DNA of 64,000 nucleotides from an uncultured Candidatus Saccharibacteria bacterium (lineage in GTDB: Bacteria > Patescibacteriota > Minisyncoccia > Phycocordibacterales > UBA9973): the NCBI GenBank assembly GCA_964361705.1, contig CAYIBP010000003.1, positions 5,606-69,605 on the forward strand. The letters are read 5' to 3'. The notes under the pieces were generated by a model. That model searched no databases, was not told the DNA's origin, and worked only from the letters and a program-made list of their open reading frames with translations. Position 1 is the stretch's first letter; each line of letters opens with the position of its first letter. The position numbers and the translations under genes were made by a program. Of this stretch, positions 30,225-38,680 are shown one piece after another.

Positions 30225-30270
30225 TTTATATTATTAAAATTAATCAATTAACCTATTTGAAATAGTTTTT

Positions 30271-32019
30271 ATGGAAAAAGAAAATTTAGAACACAAAAGA
30301 CATTCGTTAGCGCATTTGTTATCAGCAGCAGTTTTGGAACTTTACCCCGATACAAAAAACACTATCGGTCCTGCTATTGATGATGGTTTCTATTATGATT
30401 TTGAATTCTCTGAACCTATATCAGACAAAGATCTGCCAAATATAGAGAAAAAAATGCGCGCGCTTTTGAAATCTTGGAAAGAATTTAAAAGTGAAGAAAA
30501 AACAAAAGAAGAAGCGCAAGAATATTTCAAAAATAATCCATACAAACTAGAACTAATAAACGAGATAAAAGATAAGAGTGAAAAAATTACTTTTTATACT
30601 TGTGGCAATTTTACTGATTTATGCCGAGGTGGACACAGTGAAAACCCTAGCAGAGATATCGCCCCAGACTCTTTCAAACTTGATCGCGTAGCAGGCGCAT
30701 ACTGGCGTGGAGATGAAAAAAACAAAATGCTCACTCGCATATATGGATTAGCTTTTGAAACGAAAGACGAGCTTGAAAAATATATTTATCAAAGAGAAGA
30801 AGCAAAGAAAAGAGACCATAGAAAGCTCGGCAAAGAACTTGAACTCTTTACAAACATAGAAGAAATCGGCCCTGGGCTTCCCCTCTTTTATCCAAATGGC
30901 ACAATATTGCGTAGAACGATTGAGAACTTTATACAAGAAACTCAGGAAGCGCTGGGCTACGTTCCTATCTGGATACCTCATATAACAAAAGAAAATTTGT
31001 ATAAAATCTCTGGGCACTTGGATAAATATGATGCCATGTATTCACCTATGAAAATAGATGATGATAATTATTATCTAAAACCCATGAATTGTCCGCATTT
31101 CATGATGCTATACAAGACAAAACCACATTCATACAAAGAAATGCCTGTGCGATACACTTGCACGACGACAAATTACCGTTACGAAAAATCAGGTGAACTA
31201 TCTGGTCTCACTCGAGTGCGCGCGCTGACTCAGGACGACTGTCATGTATTTTGCGAACCAGAAAAAATAAAAGAGGAAATAAATTTAATTCTAAAAATGA
31301 TAGAAAAAGTTTATTCTGCATTTGGACTCAAAGATTTCTATGTACGCATATCGCTCCGTGATTCAAAAGACAAAAGCAAATATTTGGGTTCCGATAAAGT
31401 ATGGGAAACGGCAGAAAACGCTCTCCGTGAGATAGTGAAAGCTACAGGTTGGAAATACGAAGAAGCCGAAAATGAGGCCGCTTTCTACGGACCAAAATTA
31501 GACTTTATGTTCAAGGACGCCATAGGTCGTGAGTGGCAACTCTCCACCGTACAACTAGACTTTAATCTGCCAGAAAGATTTGAATTGGAGTATACAAACA
31601 ACAACGGAGAAAAGGTTCGTCCTGTAGTGATACATCGTGCAATTCTCGGATCCACAGAAAGATTTATGGGTATAATGATCGAACATTTTGCTGGTAATTT
31701 CCCTCTTTGGCTTTCGCCTACCCAAGTCGCCATAGTACCTGTACGCGAAAACCACGACGAAGAAGCACTCAAACTTGCAGACAGCTTGAAAGCAGAAAAT
31801 TTGCGCGTAGAAATATATCAATCCGCATCAGATAGTCTTGGCAAGCGCATCCATAAAGCAAAAGATATGTTGATACCTTATGTCATAGTCCTTGGTGACA
31901 AAGAAGTCTCCTCCCAAAAACTCACAATAGAAAAGAGAGATGGCACAAAGATAGAAAATATTTCTGCTTTAGAATTTATAGAGAGTTTAAAGAGGGGAAC
32001 AGAAAAAAAAGACCTTTGA
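30271..32019 (+). CDS. thrS: Threonyl-tRNA synthetase (lacks the N-terminal TGS/N1 region)
   Basis: 582 aa. It begins in the second additional domain (HxxxH ... CxxxxxxCRGGH zinc motif), followed by the class II catalytic core and the anticodon-binding domain. Confidence 0.9.
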   Translation: MEKENLEHKRHSLAHLLSAAVLELYPDTKNTIGPAIDDGFYYDFEFSEPISDKDLPNIEKKMRALLKSWKEFKSEEKTKEEAQEYFKNNPYKLELINEIKDKSEKITFYTCGNFTDLCRGGHSENPSRDIAPDSFKLDRVAGAYWRGDEKNKMLTRIYGLAFETKDELEKYIYQREEAKKRDHRKLGKELELFTNIEEIGPGLPLFYPNGTILRRTIENFIQETQEALGYVPIWIPHITKENLYKISGHLDKYDAMYSPMKIDDDNYYLKPMNCPHFMMLYKTKPHSYKEMPVRYTCTTTNYRYEKSGELSGLTRVRALTQDDCHVFCEPEKIKEEINLILKMIEKVYSAFGLKDFYVRISLRDSKDKSKYLGSDKVWETAENALREIVKATGWKYEEAENEAAFYGPKLDFMFKDAIGREWQLSTVQLDFNLPERFELEYTNNNGEKVRPVVIHRAILGSTERFMGIMIEHFAGNFPLWLSPTQVAIVPVRENHDEEALKLADSLKAENLRVEIYQSASDSLGKRIHKAKDMLIPYVIVLGDKEVSSQKLTIEKRDGTKIENISALEFIESLKRGTEKKDL

Positions 32020-32055
32020 TTCATATGTTTTCAACATCTCGTAATTTAAAATACT

Positions 32056-32199
32056 CTAGTTTGTATTTTCTCTTGCGTCTTTTTCGGCTTTTTCCCTTAA
32101 CATATCCTCATATGCTTTTTGTTTTGCTGCTGCATCTTCCTCGGCCTTTTTTAACGCCTCATCATCTTCTGCTGGTGTTGTTGCATGTTCTCTATTCAT
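32056..32199 (-). CDS. Small acidic/charged hypothetical protein (47 aa), 18 nt downstream of gyrB
   Basis: MNREHATTPAEDDEALKKAEEDAAAKQKAYEDMLREKAEKDARENTN; below the ORF-track size cut-off; tightly spaced after gyrB. Confidence 0.3.
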   Translation of the reverse strand: MNREHATTPAEDDEALKKAEEDAAAKQKAYEDMLREKAEKDARENTN

Positions 32200-32217
32200 A
32201 AATGGATTGACTCTTAT

Positions 32218-34272
32218 TTATATATCTATCTCCGCAAGTTTTGCATTGGACTGGATGAAAGACTTGCGGGGAGGGACTTCGCTACCCATCAATATCTCGA
32301 AGACTTTGTTGGCTTCTTCGGCATCTTCGATCTTGACCTTTTTTAATACACGATTCTTCGGGTCCATCGTGGTCTCCCAGAGTTCTTCGGGATTCATTTC
32401 TCCGAGACCTTTGTAACGTTGGATGTGGAATTTGTTTGATTTTGCTTTGGCTTCTTCCTGTTCTTCTTTTCCTTCATTACTCTCTTGAGATACATCAGTC
32501 TCTACTTCTTGGATCTCTGCGACGTCCATGTCTTTGCCAATAATTTTTATTTTTTCTTCATCGGAATACGCATAGTTTATCTCTTTGCCTTTCTTGATCT
32601 TGTACAATGGTGGCTGGGCTATGTATATGTAGCCGGCTTCTATCACTGCTCTAAAATATCTGTAAAAGAGGGTAAGTAAAAGCGTGCGTATATGAGCGCC
32701 GTCCACATCGGCATCTGTCGCTATGATGATCTTGTGATAACGTATTTTAGAAATATCAAAAGTATCTCCAATAGATGTGCCCATGGCTATCACCAATGCG
32801 CGGATTTCTTTTGAATCAAGCATCTTGTCTATGCGAGCTCGTTCAACATTTAAAATTTTTCCGCGAAGTGGCAGTATGGCCTGCGTCCTGCGATCGCGAC
32901 CTTGCTTGGCAGAGCCTCCTGCGCTATCTCCTTCCACAAGAAATATTTCTGATTCTTCAGCACTCTTGCTCTGACAATCTGCGAGCTTGCCGGGTAATGT
33001 CATACCCTCGAGCGCGCCTTTACGGAGCACGGAATCTTTGGCGGCTTTAGCGGCTTTGCGAGCTTTGAGAGCGAGTATGGATTTATTTATTATCGCTTTT
33101 GCTTCATCTGGATTTTCTTCCAAGAAACTGGCAAAAGCTTCACCAAAAACTGTCGCCACTGCGCCTTGGGCTTCTACGGAGCCGAGCTTAGCTTTGGTCT
33201 GACCTTCAAATTGTATCTCACGGAGTTTTACAGACACTACAGCTGTAAGACCTTCTAGAACATCGTCTCCGGTGAATCCTCCCTCGGACTCCTTCATCAT
33301 TTCATTTTTCTTGCAATAAGTATTGAGAGTGCGAGTGAGCGCAGTCTTGAATCCGGTGATATGTGTACCACCCTCTGCTGTATGAATATTGTTTGCAAAA
33401 GGAACTATTCTATCTGCTATGTCATCCACATATTGGAGTGCCACTTCGACGCCAACTCCATCAACTTCTTTTTCGACATAAAAAATATTTTTATGGAGTG
33501 GTTTTTGGAATTTATTGTAATATTTGATGAGAGATACAAGCCCCCCCTCGAAATAAAAAGAGATAGAAGGCAATTCGAGCTCTAATTCTCTAAAATAAAA
33601 AAAATCACCATCACCTATTTTGTCTTCATAACCACGAGCATCTATAATTAAAATCTTCAAACCCTTTACTAAATACGCCTGCTGACGAATATGACTCACA
33701 ACTGTATTCCATTCAAATTTAATATCTTTAAAAATTTCTATGTCTGGCTCAAATGTAACTATGGTGCCATGAAATTTAGAAGAACCGACTTTTTTCACTG
33801 CACCCTTTTTCTTGCCCTGAGAATATTCTTGCGCATATTTTCCGCCATCTCTATGAACCTCTACTTTACAATAAATAGAAAGGGCATTCACAACAGATGC
33901 ACCCACACCGTGTAGCCCCCCAGAAACTTTATAACCACTCTCTTCTCCGCCAAATTTTCCTCCAGCGTGAAGCGTGGTCATCACTGTCTCAAGCGCGGAG
34001 ACTTTTGTTTTCTTATGAATATCTACAGGAATACCTCGGCCATTGTCAGCCACACGGATACGATTGCCAGGTAAAAGTACAATCTCAATATCATTACAAA
34101 AACCTCCCATTGCTTCATCGCGTGAATTATCAAAAATCTCCCATATCAGGTGATGCAAGCCATCTATGCCCGTAGTACCGATATACATCCCAGGACGCTT
34201 TCTGACAGGCTCTAGGCCCTCTAAAACCGATATACTTTCAGCTCCGTATTTAGACTCTTTTTCCTTTGACAT
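32218..34272 (-). CDS. gyrB: DNA gyrase subunit B
   Basis: N-terminal GHKL ATPase (LEGLEPVRKRPGMYIG), a TOPRIM (EGDSAGG) and a C-terminal tail; 684 aa. Confidence 0.95.
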   Translation of the reverse strand: MSKEKESKYGAESISVLEGLEPVRKRPGMYIGTTGIDGLHHLIWEIFDNSRDEAMGGFCNDIEIVLLPGNRIRVADNGRGIPVDIHKKTKVSALETVMTTLHAGGKFGGEESGYKVSGGLHGVGASVVNALSIYCKVEVHRDGGKYAQEYSQGKKKGAVKKVGSSKFHGTIVTFEPDIEIFKDIKFEWNTVVSHIRQQAYLVKGLKILIIDARGYEDKIGDGDFFYFRELELELPSISFYFEGGLVSLIKYYNKFQKPLHKNIFYVEKEVDGVGVEVALQYVDDIADRIVPFANNIHTAEGGTHITGFKTALTRTLNTYCKKNEMMKESEGGFTGDDVLEGLTAVVSVKLREIQFEGQTKAKLGSVEAQGAVATVFGEAFASFLEENPDEAKAIINKSILALKARKAAKAAKDSVLRKGALEGMTLPGKLADCQSKSAEESEIFLVEGDSAGGSAKQGRDRRTQAILPLRGKILNVERARIDKMLDSKEIRALVIAMGTSIGDTFDISKIRYHKIIIATDADVDGAHIRTLLLTLFYRYFRAVIEAGYIYIAQPPLYKIKKGKEINYAYSDEEKIKIIGKDMDVAEIQEVETDVSQESNEGKEEQEEAKAKSNKFHIQRYKGLGEMNPEELWETTMDPKNRVLKKVKIEDAEEANKVFEILMGSEVPPRKSFIQSNAKLAEIDI

Positions 34273-34279
34273 ACAGGGT

Positions 34280-34288
34280 ATTATAGCA
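34280..34288 (-). promoter_or_regulatory. Extended -10 (TGCTATAAT) 7 nt upstream of the gyrB ATG: leaderless-type promoter
   Basis: Minus strand reads TGCTATAAT-ACCCTGT-ATG. Confidence 0.5.
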
Positions 34289-34337
34289 GAAAAATAAACC
34301 GTTTGCTAGTGAAAAAATTTTGAAATATGAGATATAA

Positions 34338-34372
34338 TAAAAAAAATAGTCTGCGAATGAAAATTCGCAGAC
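34338..34372 (-). terminator. Intrinsic terminator downstream of the tRNA
   Basis: Minus strand reads GTCTGCGAAT-TTTC-ATTCGCAGAC followed by a T8 run. Confidence 0.7.
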
Positions 34373-34377
34373 TTTCG

Positions 34378-34453
34378 TGACGGTGACGGGATTCGAACCC
34401 GTGGACACTGCTTCTCAGGCAGTTGGCGATCCTATCGCCTCGTCTCCACCGTC
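34378..34453 (-). tRNA. tRNA with an atypical cloverleaf and an apparent GAG anticodon
   Basis: On the minus strand there is a perfect 7-bp acceptor (GACGGTG/CACCGTC), a T-arm ACGGG-TTCGAAT-CCCGT, an anticodon arm ACTGC-CTGAGAA-GCAGT and a D-arm GGCG-ATAGGAT-CGCC. Seven nt, not two, separate the acceptor from the D-stem, and the variable loop is 4 nt. A GAG (Leu) anticodon should come with a long variable arm, which is absent, so the identity is uncertain. Confidence 0.55.
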
Positions 34454-35014
34454 ATGAACATCGCATTTGATACGACAAAGTCATATGAAATGCGATATCC
34501 ACGATAGATAAAGACAAAAAAATTGGGGGTGGATTGAAAAAATTTTCGCGCCAACCCCCTCATTTTCTCTATCCTTATTTGCCTTTTCGTTTAACCAACT
34601 CCCTTCTAAAGAGGAATTGGGGGGAAGGCATTCAGATAGAGAGCAGAAAACACAAAACCTTTTATTTATGTCAATTGCTCTCTATCCGAAAATCTTTGCC
34701 AAAGAACAAAATCTAGTAAAAACTAAACTAGCCCTATCCTTGCGGAGAGGGCTAGTGTTTGAGTTGTATATTTTCCCTTATTTCCTTCTTAGTTATACAG
34801 CGCAAGCATCAGACCTCTCCTTCCCGTGTTGGGTGAGGATAGTAATAAAGAGGACGACGTATTTGCTTGCAAACTGTAAAGTTTTCACAGCTACAAATAT
34901 ACCAAAATCGAAAAAAACCTGCAAGCGCAAGTGTGGATAACTCCCAAATTTTAAGGAGCAAAGCGACTATAAAACTTGAGGATCCCGCCAAAGGCGGGAT
35001 AAAAATAGAGATTT

Positions 35015-35054
35015 GGGCAAAATTTGGCCCTCAGCATGAAGCTTGCTGAGGGCC
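35015..35054 (-). terminator. Candidate pheT terminator: 11-bp GC-rich hairpin
   Basis: GGCCCTCAGCA-tgaagct-TGCTGAGGGCC, followed on the minus strand by CAAATTTTG, about 95 nt after the pheT stop. Confidence 0.45.
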
Positions 35055-35146
35055 ACGATAACTCCGGCTAGGCTATCCCACATAGGGACCTCCGAGATTA
35101 AGTTATTTTCATCTTCCAAGATTATAACATTTACAGACAAATTAGT

Positions 35147-36952
35147 CTACCTCACAGACCAGCTGGACTGTGAATTCAACTTTTCGGTGATTTTGTTTAT
35201 TATGGTGTTTATTTCTTCGTCAGATAAAGTGCGTTCGTAAGATTGGAAAATGACCTTGAAAGCATAGGATACTTTGCCGTCTTTCTTAAATTCATCAAAA
35301 AGTTTCGGGCCCAACACTACCATATCTCCTATATTTTCTTTTATAATCTTTTCCACATCTGCACTCGAAATAATCTCAGGCACCCACACTGCTATATCAC
35401 GCGCAATGAATGGGTAGAGTGACCACATTTTAAATTTAGAATTCTCACCTATATTCTTTTCTGAAGAGACTTGAAAAAAAGTACCAGGCGAAGTTTCTGG
35501 CATACTTTTACAAAACTCTTCCAAGCTCATTTCTTTCACTTCTTTTTTATCTGCAATACAAACATGTATCTCCTCACCTTCTTTTTTAAATACTGTTCCT
35601 ATTTCAAATATTTTTATTTCGTCCATTTCTAGAAGCGGAGAATTAAGCTGATTTAGTTTTAGGCTTTCTTTCACGCCATCAGAAAGATTGACCCTCAAGA
35701 ATTTCTTATCCGAAGCAGAAGCTAAAACTTCTACATCCCCTTTATTTCTAAAAACATAAGTCATCACCTCGCTGTAACCATCATTTAAAAGTTTTTCTCT
35801 AGACCAAGATATTTTTGAGAATATATCATTCGCTTGTGGCTTGAAATCAATCTTGGGTAATTTCGGCACAATCTTGTCATAACCCATAATTCGAGCTACT
35901 TCTTCAGCTATATCTTCCTCCATTGAAAAATCGAGACGCATAGGGGGAACATTAATCTCAATTATCCCATCTTCCTTTTCCTCAAAATGTATATTGTACC
36001 TGTCTAAAATGCTTTTCATTTCTTCGCTAGTCACATCCACACCCAACACCTTAGAAACTTTATGCAAAGAAAAAGAAAGTTTACGATCTTCTTGTTTTAC
36101 GGGATACTCATCCACAATATCTTCAAAAACTGCTTCTGGACATATCTCCATTATGAGACCCGAGAGTTCTTTCATACCATAAGATACGAGCTCGGGTGAT
36201 AAATCATTTTCAAATCTTTTCTTTGAATCAGTCTGAATATTTGCAGATTGAGCGGTCTTACGCACAGATACTGGATCAAAATTTGCTACTTCGATGATTA
36301 TATTTTTTGTATTACTGTCCACTTCTGCGGATTTACCACCTTTTACACCAGCTATGGCTAAAATATTAGTATTGTCCGCTATTACCATGTCTTTGGCAGA
36401 AAGTTTGACTTCTTTATTATCCAAAGCGGTCATCTGTTCGCCATCTCTCGCCTGTCTGACTATGATTCCTCCATCTACTTTATCTAAATCAAAAGCGTGA
36501 GTAGGCTGACCACTGTCGTACATCACAGTATTTGTAGCATCTACTATGTTGTTGATACTTCTCTGTCCTATTGATTCTAAATGTTCTACAACCCAAGCAG
36601 GCGAAGATCCTATTTTTATATTTTTTATTATTCTTCCAGCGTACCTGCGACATTTATCCGTATCTATCTTTATTTTAAGATTAGTTGGATTTGAATTTGG
36701 AATTTTATATAAAGGTTCTGGATTCTTGAATTCTATTTCCAAAAGAGAAGCGAGCTCGCGTGCCACACCCTGATGAGAAAGCAGATCGTGAGCTCTGTTC
36801 GGTAGAATTTTTATATCCAAAACTACATCTCCACCTTCGAGTTTTTCCATGCTTTCAACCTCAGCTAGATGGTATGTAACAATATCAGCGAGTTTGTCTA
36901 CTTCTGGAATCTGTGGAACGTACCATTTTAACCAATTGTAAGATATCTTCAT
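35147..36952 (-). CDS. pheT: Phenylalanyl-tRNA synthetase beta subunit (short form)
   Basis: 601 aa with B3/B4 and B5 regions and a C-terminal anticodon-binding-like domain; immediately downstream of pheS. Confidence 0.85.
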   Translation of the reverse strand: MKISYNWLKWYVPQIPEVDKLADIVTYHLAEVESMEKLEGGDVVLDIKILPNRAHDLLSHQGVARELASLLEIEFKNPEPLYKIPNSNPTNLKIKIDTDKCRRYAGRIIKNIKIGSSPAWVVEHLESIGQRSINNIVDATNTVMYDSGQPTHAFDLDKVDGGIIVRQARDGEQMTALDNKEVKLSAKDMVIADNTNILAIAGVKGGKSAEVDSNTKNIIIEVANFDPVSVRKTAQSANIQTDSKKRFENDLSPELVSYGMKELSGLIMEICPEAVFEDIVDEYPVKQEDRKLSFSLHKVSKVLGVDVTSEEMKSILDRYNIHFEEKEDGIIEINVPPMRLDFSMEEDIAEEVARIMGYDKIVPKLPKIDFKPQANDIFSKISWSREKLLNDGYSEVMTYVFRNKGDVEVLASASDKKFLRVNLSDGVKESLKLNQLNSPLLEMDEIKIFEIGTVFKKEGEEIHVCIADKKEVKEMSLEEFCKSMPETSPGTFFQVSSEKNIGENSKFKMWSLYPFIARDIAVWVPEIISSADVEKIIKENIGDMVVLGPKLFDEFKKDGKVSYAFKVIFQSYERTLSDEEINTIINKITEKLNSQSSWSVR

Positions 36953-36955
36953 AAA

Positions 36956-37699
36956 TTAAAATTGATTAAATCTCAAATCACCTTGATAAAAAAGTCTTAC
37001 ATCGGGTATACCCCATTTGATCATCGCGATTCTTTCAAGTCCCCCACCAAAAGCAAAACCTTGAACTTTTTTCGGATCAAGTCCACAATTTTTTATGACA
37101 TTTGGGTGAAGCATCCCTGCGCCCATCATCTCTAACCAGCGACCTTTCCACTTGGCGAAGACTTCTATTGAGGGTTCAGTAAAAGGAAAAAAGCTTGGAC
37201 GAAATTCTACCTCTACATCGTCGCCCAAGATTTTTTTATAAAAAGTAGAGAGCACTCCCTTTAGATCAGCAATAGAAATATTTTCACCTACCATAGTGCC
37301 GTCTATCTGGAAAAATTGCATTTCATGTGTGGCATCCGTGGCTTCATTTCTGAAAACTTTACCGACAGAAATAAACGCGCAAGGTAATCTGCCTTTCTTT
37401 CCAGCTTGTTCGACAGCACGAGCAGTGACATTGGTGGTATGTGTGCGTAAAACTTTTCTGTCTTCTTTATTTTCACCTTCTTTTGATTTTATCCAAAAAG
37501 TATCCTGCATATCGCGAGCTGGATGGTCTTTGGGAACATTTAATACATCAAAATTGTACCACTCGCTCTCGAGTTCAGGTCCCATAGCTATTTCAAAACC
37601 AAGCTCAGAAAACACGCTATAAGCCTGATTTGCAAGCAAAGAGAGAGGATGAATAGTGGCTTTTTTGTTTTGTTCCATAAAAATCAAATTATTCTTCAA
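36956..37699 (-). CDS. pheS: Phenylalanyl-tRNA synthetase alpha subunit (catalytic core only)
   Basis: Class II motifs (FRNE, GAGMLHPNV, GLERIAMI). The ORF-track start at 37699 is TTG; an in-frame ATG (MEQNKK) at 37678 is the more likely start. Confidence 0.85.
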   Translation of the reverse strand: MKNNLIFMEQNKKATIHPLSLLANQAYSVFSELGFEIAMGPELESEWYNFDVLNVPKDHPARDMQDTFWIKSKEGENKEDRKVLRTHTTNVTARAVEQAGKKGRLPCAFISVGKVFRNEATDATHEMQFFQIDGTMVGENISIADLKGVLSTFYKKILGDDVEVEFRPSFFPFTEPSIEVFAKWKGRWLEMMGAGMLHPNVIKNCGLDPKKVQGFAFGGGLERIAMIKWGIPDVRLFYQGDLRFNQF

Positions 37700-37711
37700 G
37701 CATGAAGGCCA

Positions 37712-38680
37712 TTATACCAAATTTGCTTCGACCGGGCTAATCTTACGTCCGTGACGAGATAGCACGCAACCACCAGCACAAAATGCTTTGCCATCATTTC
37801 TTTCCAAACATTTCTCGCAGTTTATAAAATGCCTGTGGCAAACTGGATTTGAACAATTTACATAATTCTCAGAAGTATTTCCACAACTATCACATCGTCC
37901 AACAACTTCGTGTTTCTCATCATTAGTATAAAAACCCATCGCCACTCTGCCATCAAAAACATATAGCTTGCCTTTGAAATCTTCATTTGGATATTTTTCC
38001 ATATAGCTCACTATCCCGCCGTCGAGCTGATACACATCTGTAAAGCCTTGCGAAATCAAAAAACCAGATGCTTTTTCACAGCGTACCCCGCCAGTGCAGA
38101 CAGTGAGCACTGTTTTATTTTTCAGATGTGTGATTTGTTCTACAACTCTCGGCAAATCTCTAAAGTTCTCTATTGAAGGTAAAATAGAACCAGCAAAATG
38201 TCCGACTTTATGTTCGTAAGCATTTCGCATATCTACTATATAAAACTCTTTTTTATCTTTTATCCATTCATGCAATTCTTCTGGTTTTAGATGTATGCCC
38301 GTGATCTGATTTGGATCGATATCGCACACTCCATCATCAGCTAAATGGAGAGACACTATTTCTTTACGCACTTTTATGGAAAGTTTTGGAAAAGCATTTC
38401 CCGTGCCAGAACTTAGTTTGAAATGAATATTTAAAAACATAGAATCTTTTTCAAGTTCTTTTATGTATTTTTGGATATTTTCTTTCGTGCCTTCATATGT
38501 GGCATTTATGCCCTCAAAGGCGATGATACACCTGCCTTTCAAGCCCAGGCCTTCGCAAACTGCGCGTTCTTTTTCAGCTGTTTTTTCAGGGTCTTCTATA
38601 TGAATATATTTGTAGAAAAGGATTATTTGAAAATTCTCTTGCATAATTTTTATACTAAATAAATCTTGCTCATTTTGCAA
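37712..38680 (-). CDS. trhO: Rhodanese-domain tRNA uridine(34) hydroxylase (YceA/UPF0176 family)
   Basis: 322 aa with an N-terminal UPF0176 region, a rhodanese active-site loop VCTGGVRCEK and a C-terminal Cys-rich tail. It overlaps the upstream helicase end by 31 nt, so the true start may be the internal Met at about 38644. Confidence 0.7.
   Translation of the reverse strand: MQNEQDLFSIKIMQENFQIILFYKYIHIEDPEKTAEKERAVCEGLGLKGRCIIAFEGINATYEGTKENIQKYIKELEKDSMFLNIHFKLSSGTGNAFPKLSIKVRKEIVSLHLADDGVCDIDPNQITGIHLKPEELHEWIKDKKEFYIVDMRNAYEHKVGHFAGSILPSIENFRDLPRVVEQITHLKNKTVLTVCTGGVRCEKASGFLISQGFTDVYQLDGGIVSYMEKYPNEDFKGKLYVFDGRVAMGFYTNDEKHEVVGRCDSCGNTSENYVNCSNPVCHRHFINCEKCLERNDGKAFCAGGCVLSRHGRKISPVEANLV

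Noticed and set aside
30032-30247. 71-aa minus-strand ORF between rpmF and thrS
   Set aside because: It coincides with the T-box leader and its GC-rich terminator hairpin. The RNA-structure explanation is stronger.
32016-32416. Plus-strand ORFs 32016..32201 and 32207..32416
   Set aside because: The first is antisense to the small acidic ORF and thrS-gyrB spacer. The second is antisense to the gyrB 3' end. Both are Leu/Ser-rich low-complexity.
34534-35049. ORFs of 60-107 aa within the 690-bp tract (34534..34716, 34617..34940, 34809..34991, 34867..35049)
   Set aside because: They have no start context, composition that looks generated by the GC-rich hairpins, and they overlap one another. The region is treated as non-coding.
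34460-35146. RNase P RNA, tmRNA or SRP RNA identity for the non-coding tract
   Set aside because: Manual scans for the P4 GGAAAGUCCGG / ACAGAA...CCGGCUUA pair, a tmRNA tag-ending ORF with a distant acceptor mate, and the SRP GGAAGGAAGCAGC motif found nothing on either strand. No class could be assigned without covariance models.
38650-38680. 31-nt overlap between the helicase-nuclease end and the trhO start as a possible programmed frameshift or fusion
   Set aside because: An internal in-frame Met in trhO (MQENFQ...) about 36 nt downstream gives a conventional N-terminus and removes most of the overlap. Ordinary start mis-prediction is more likely.
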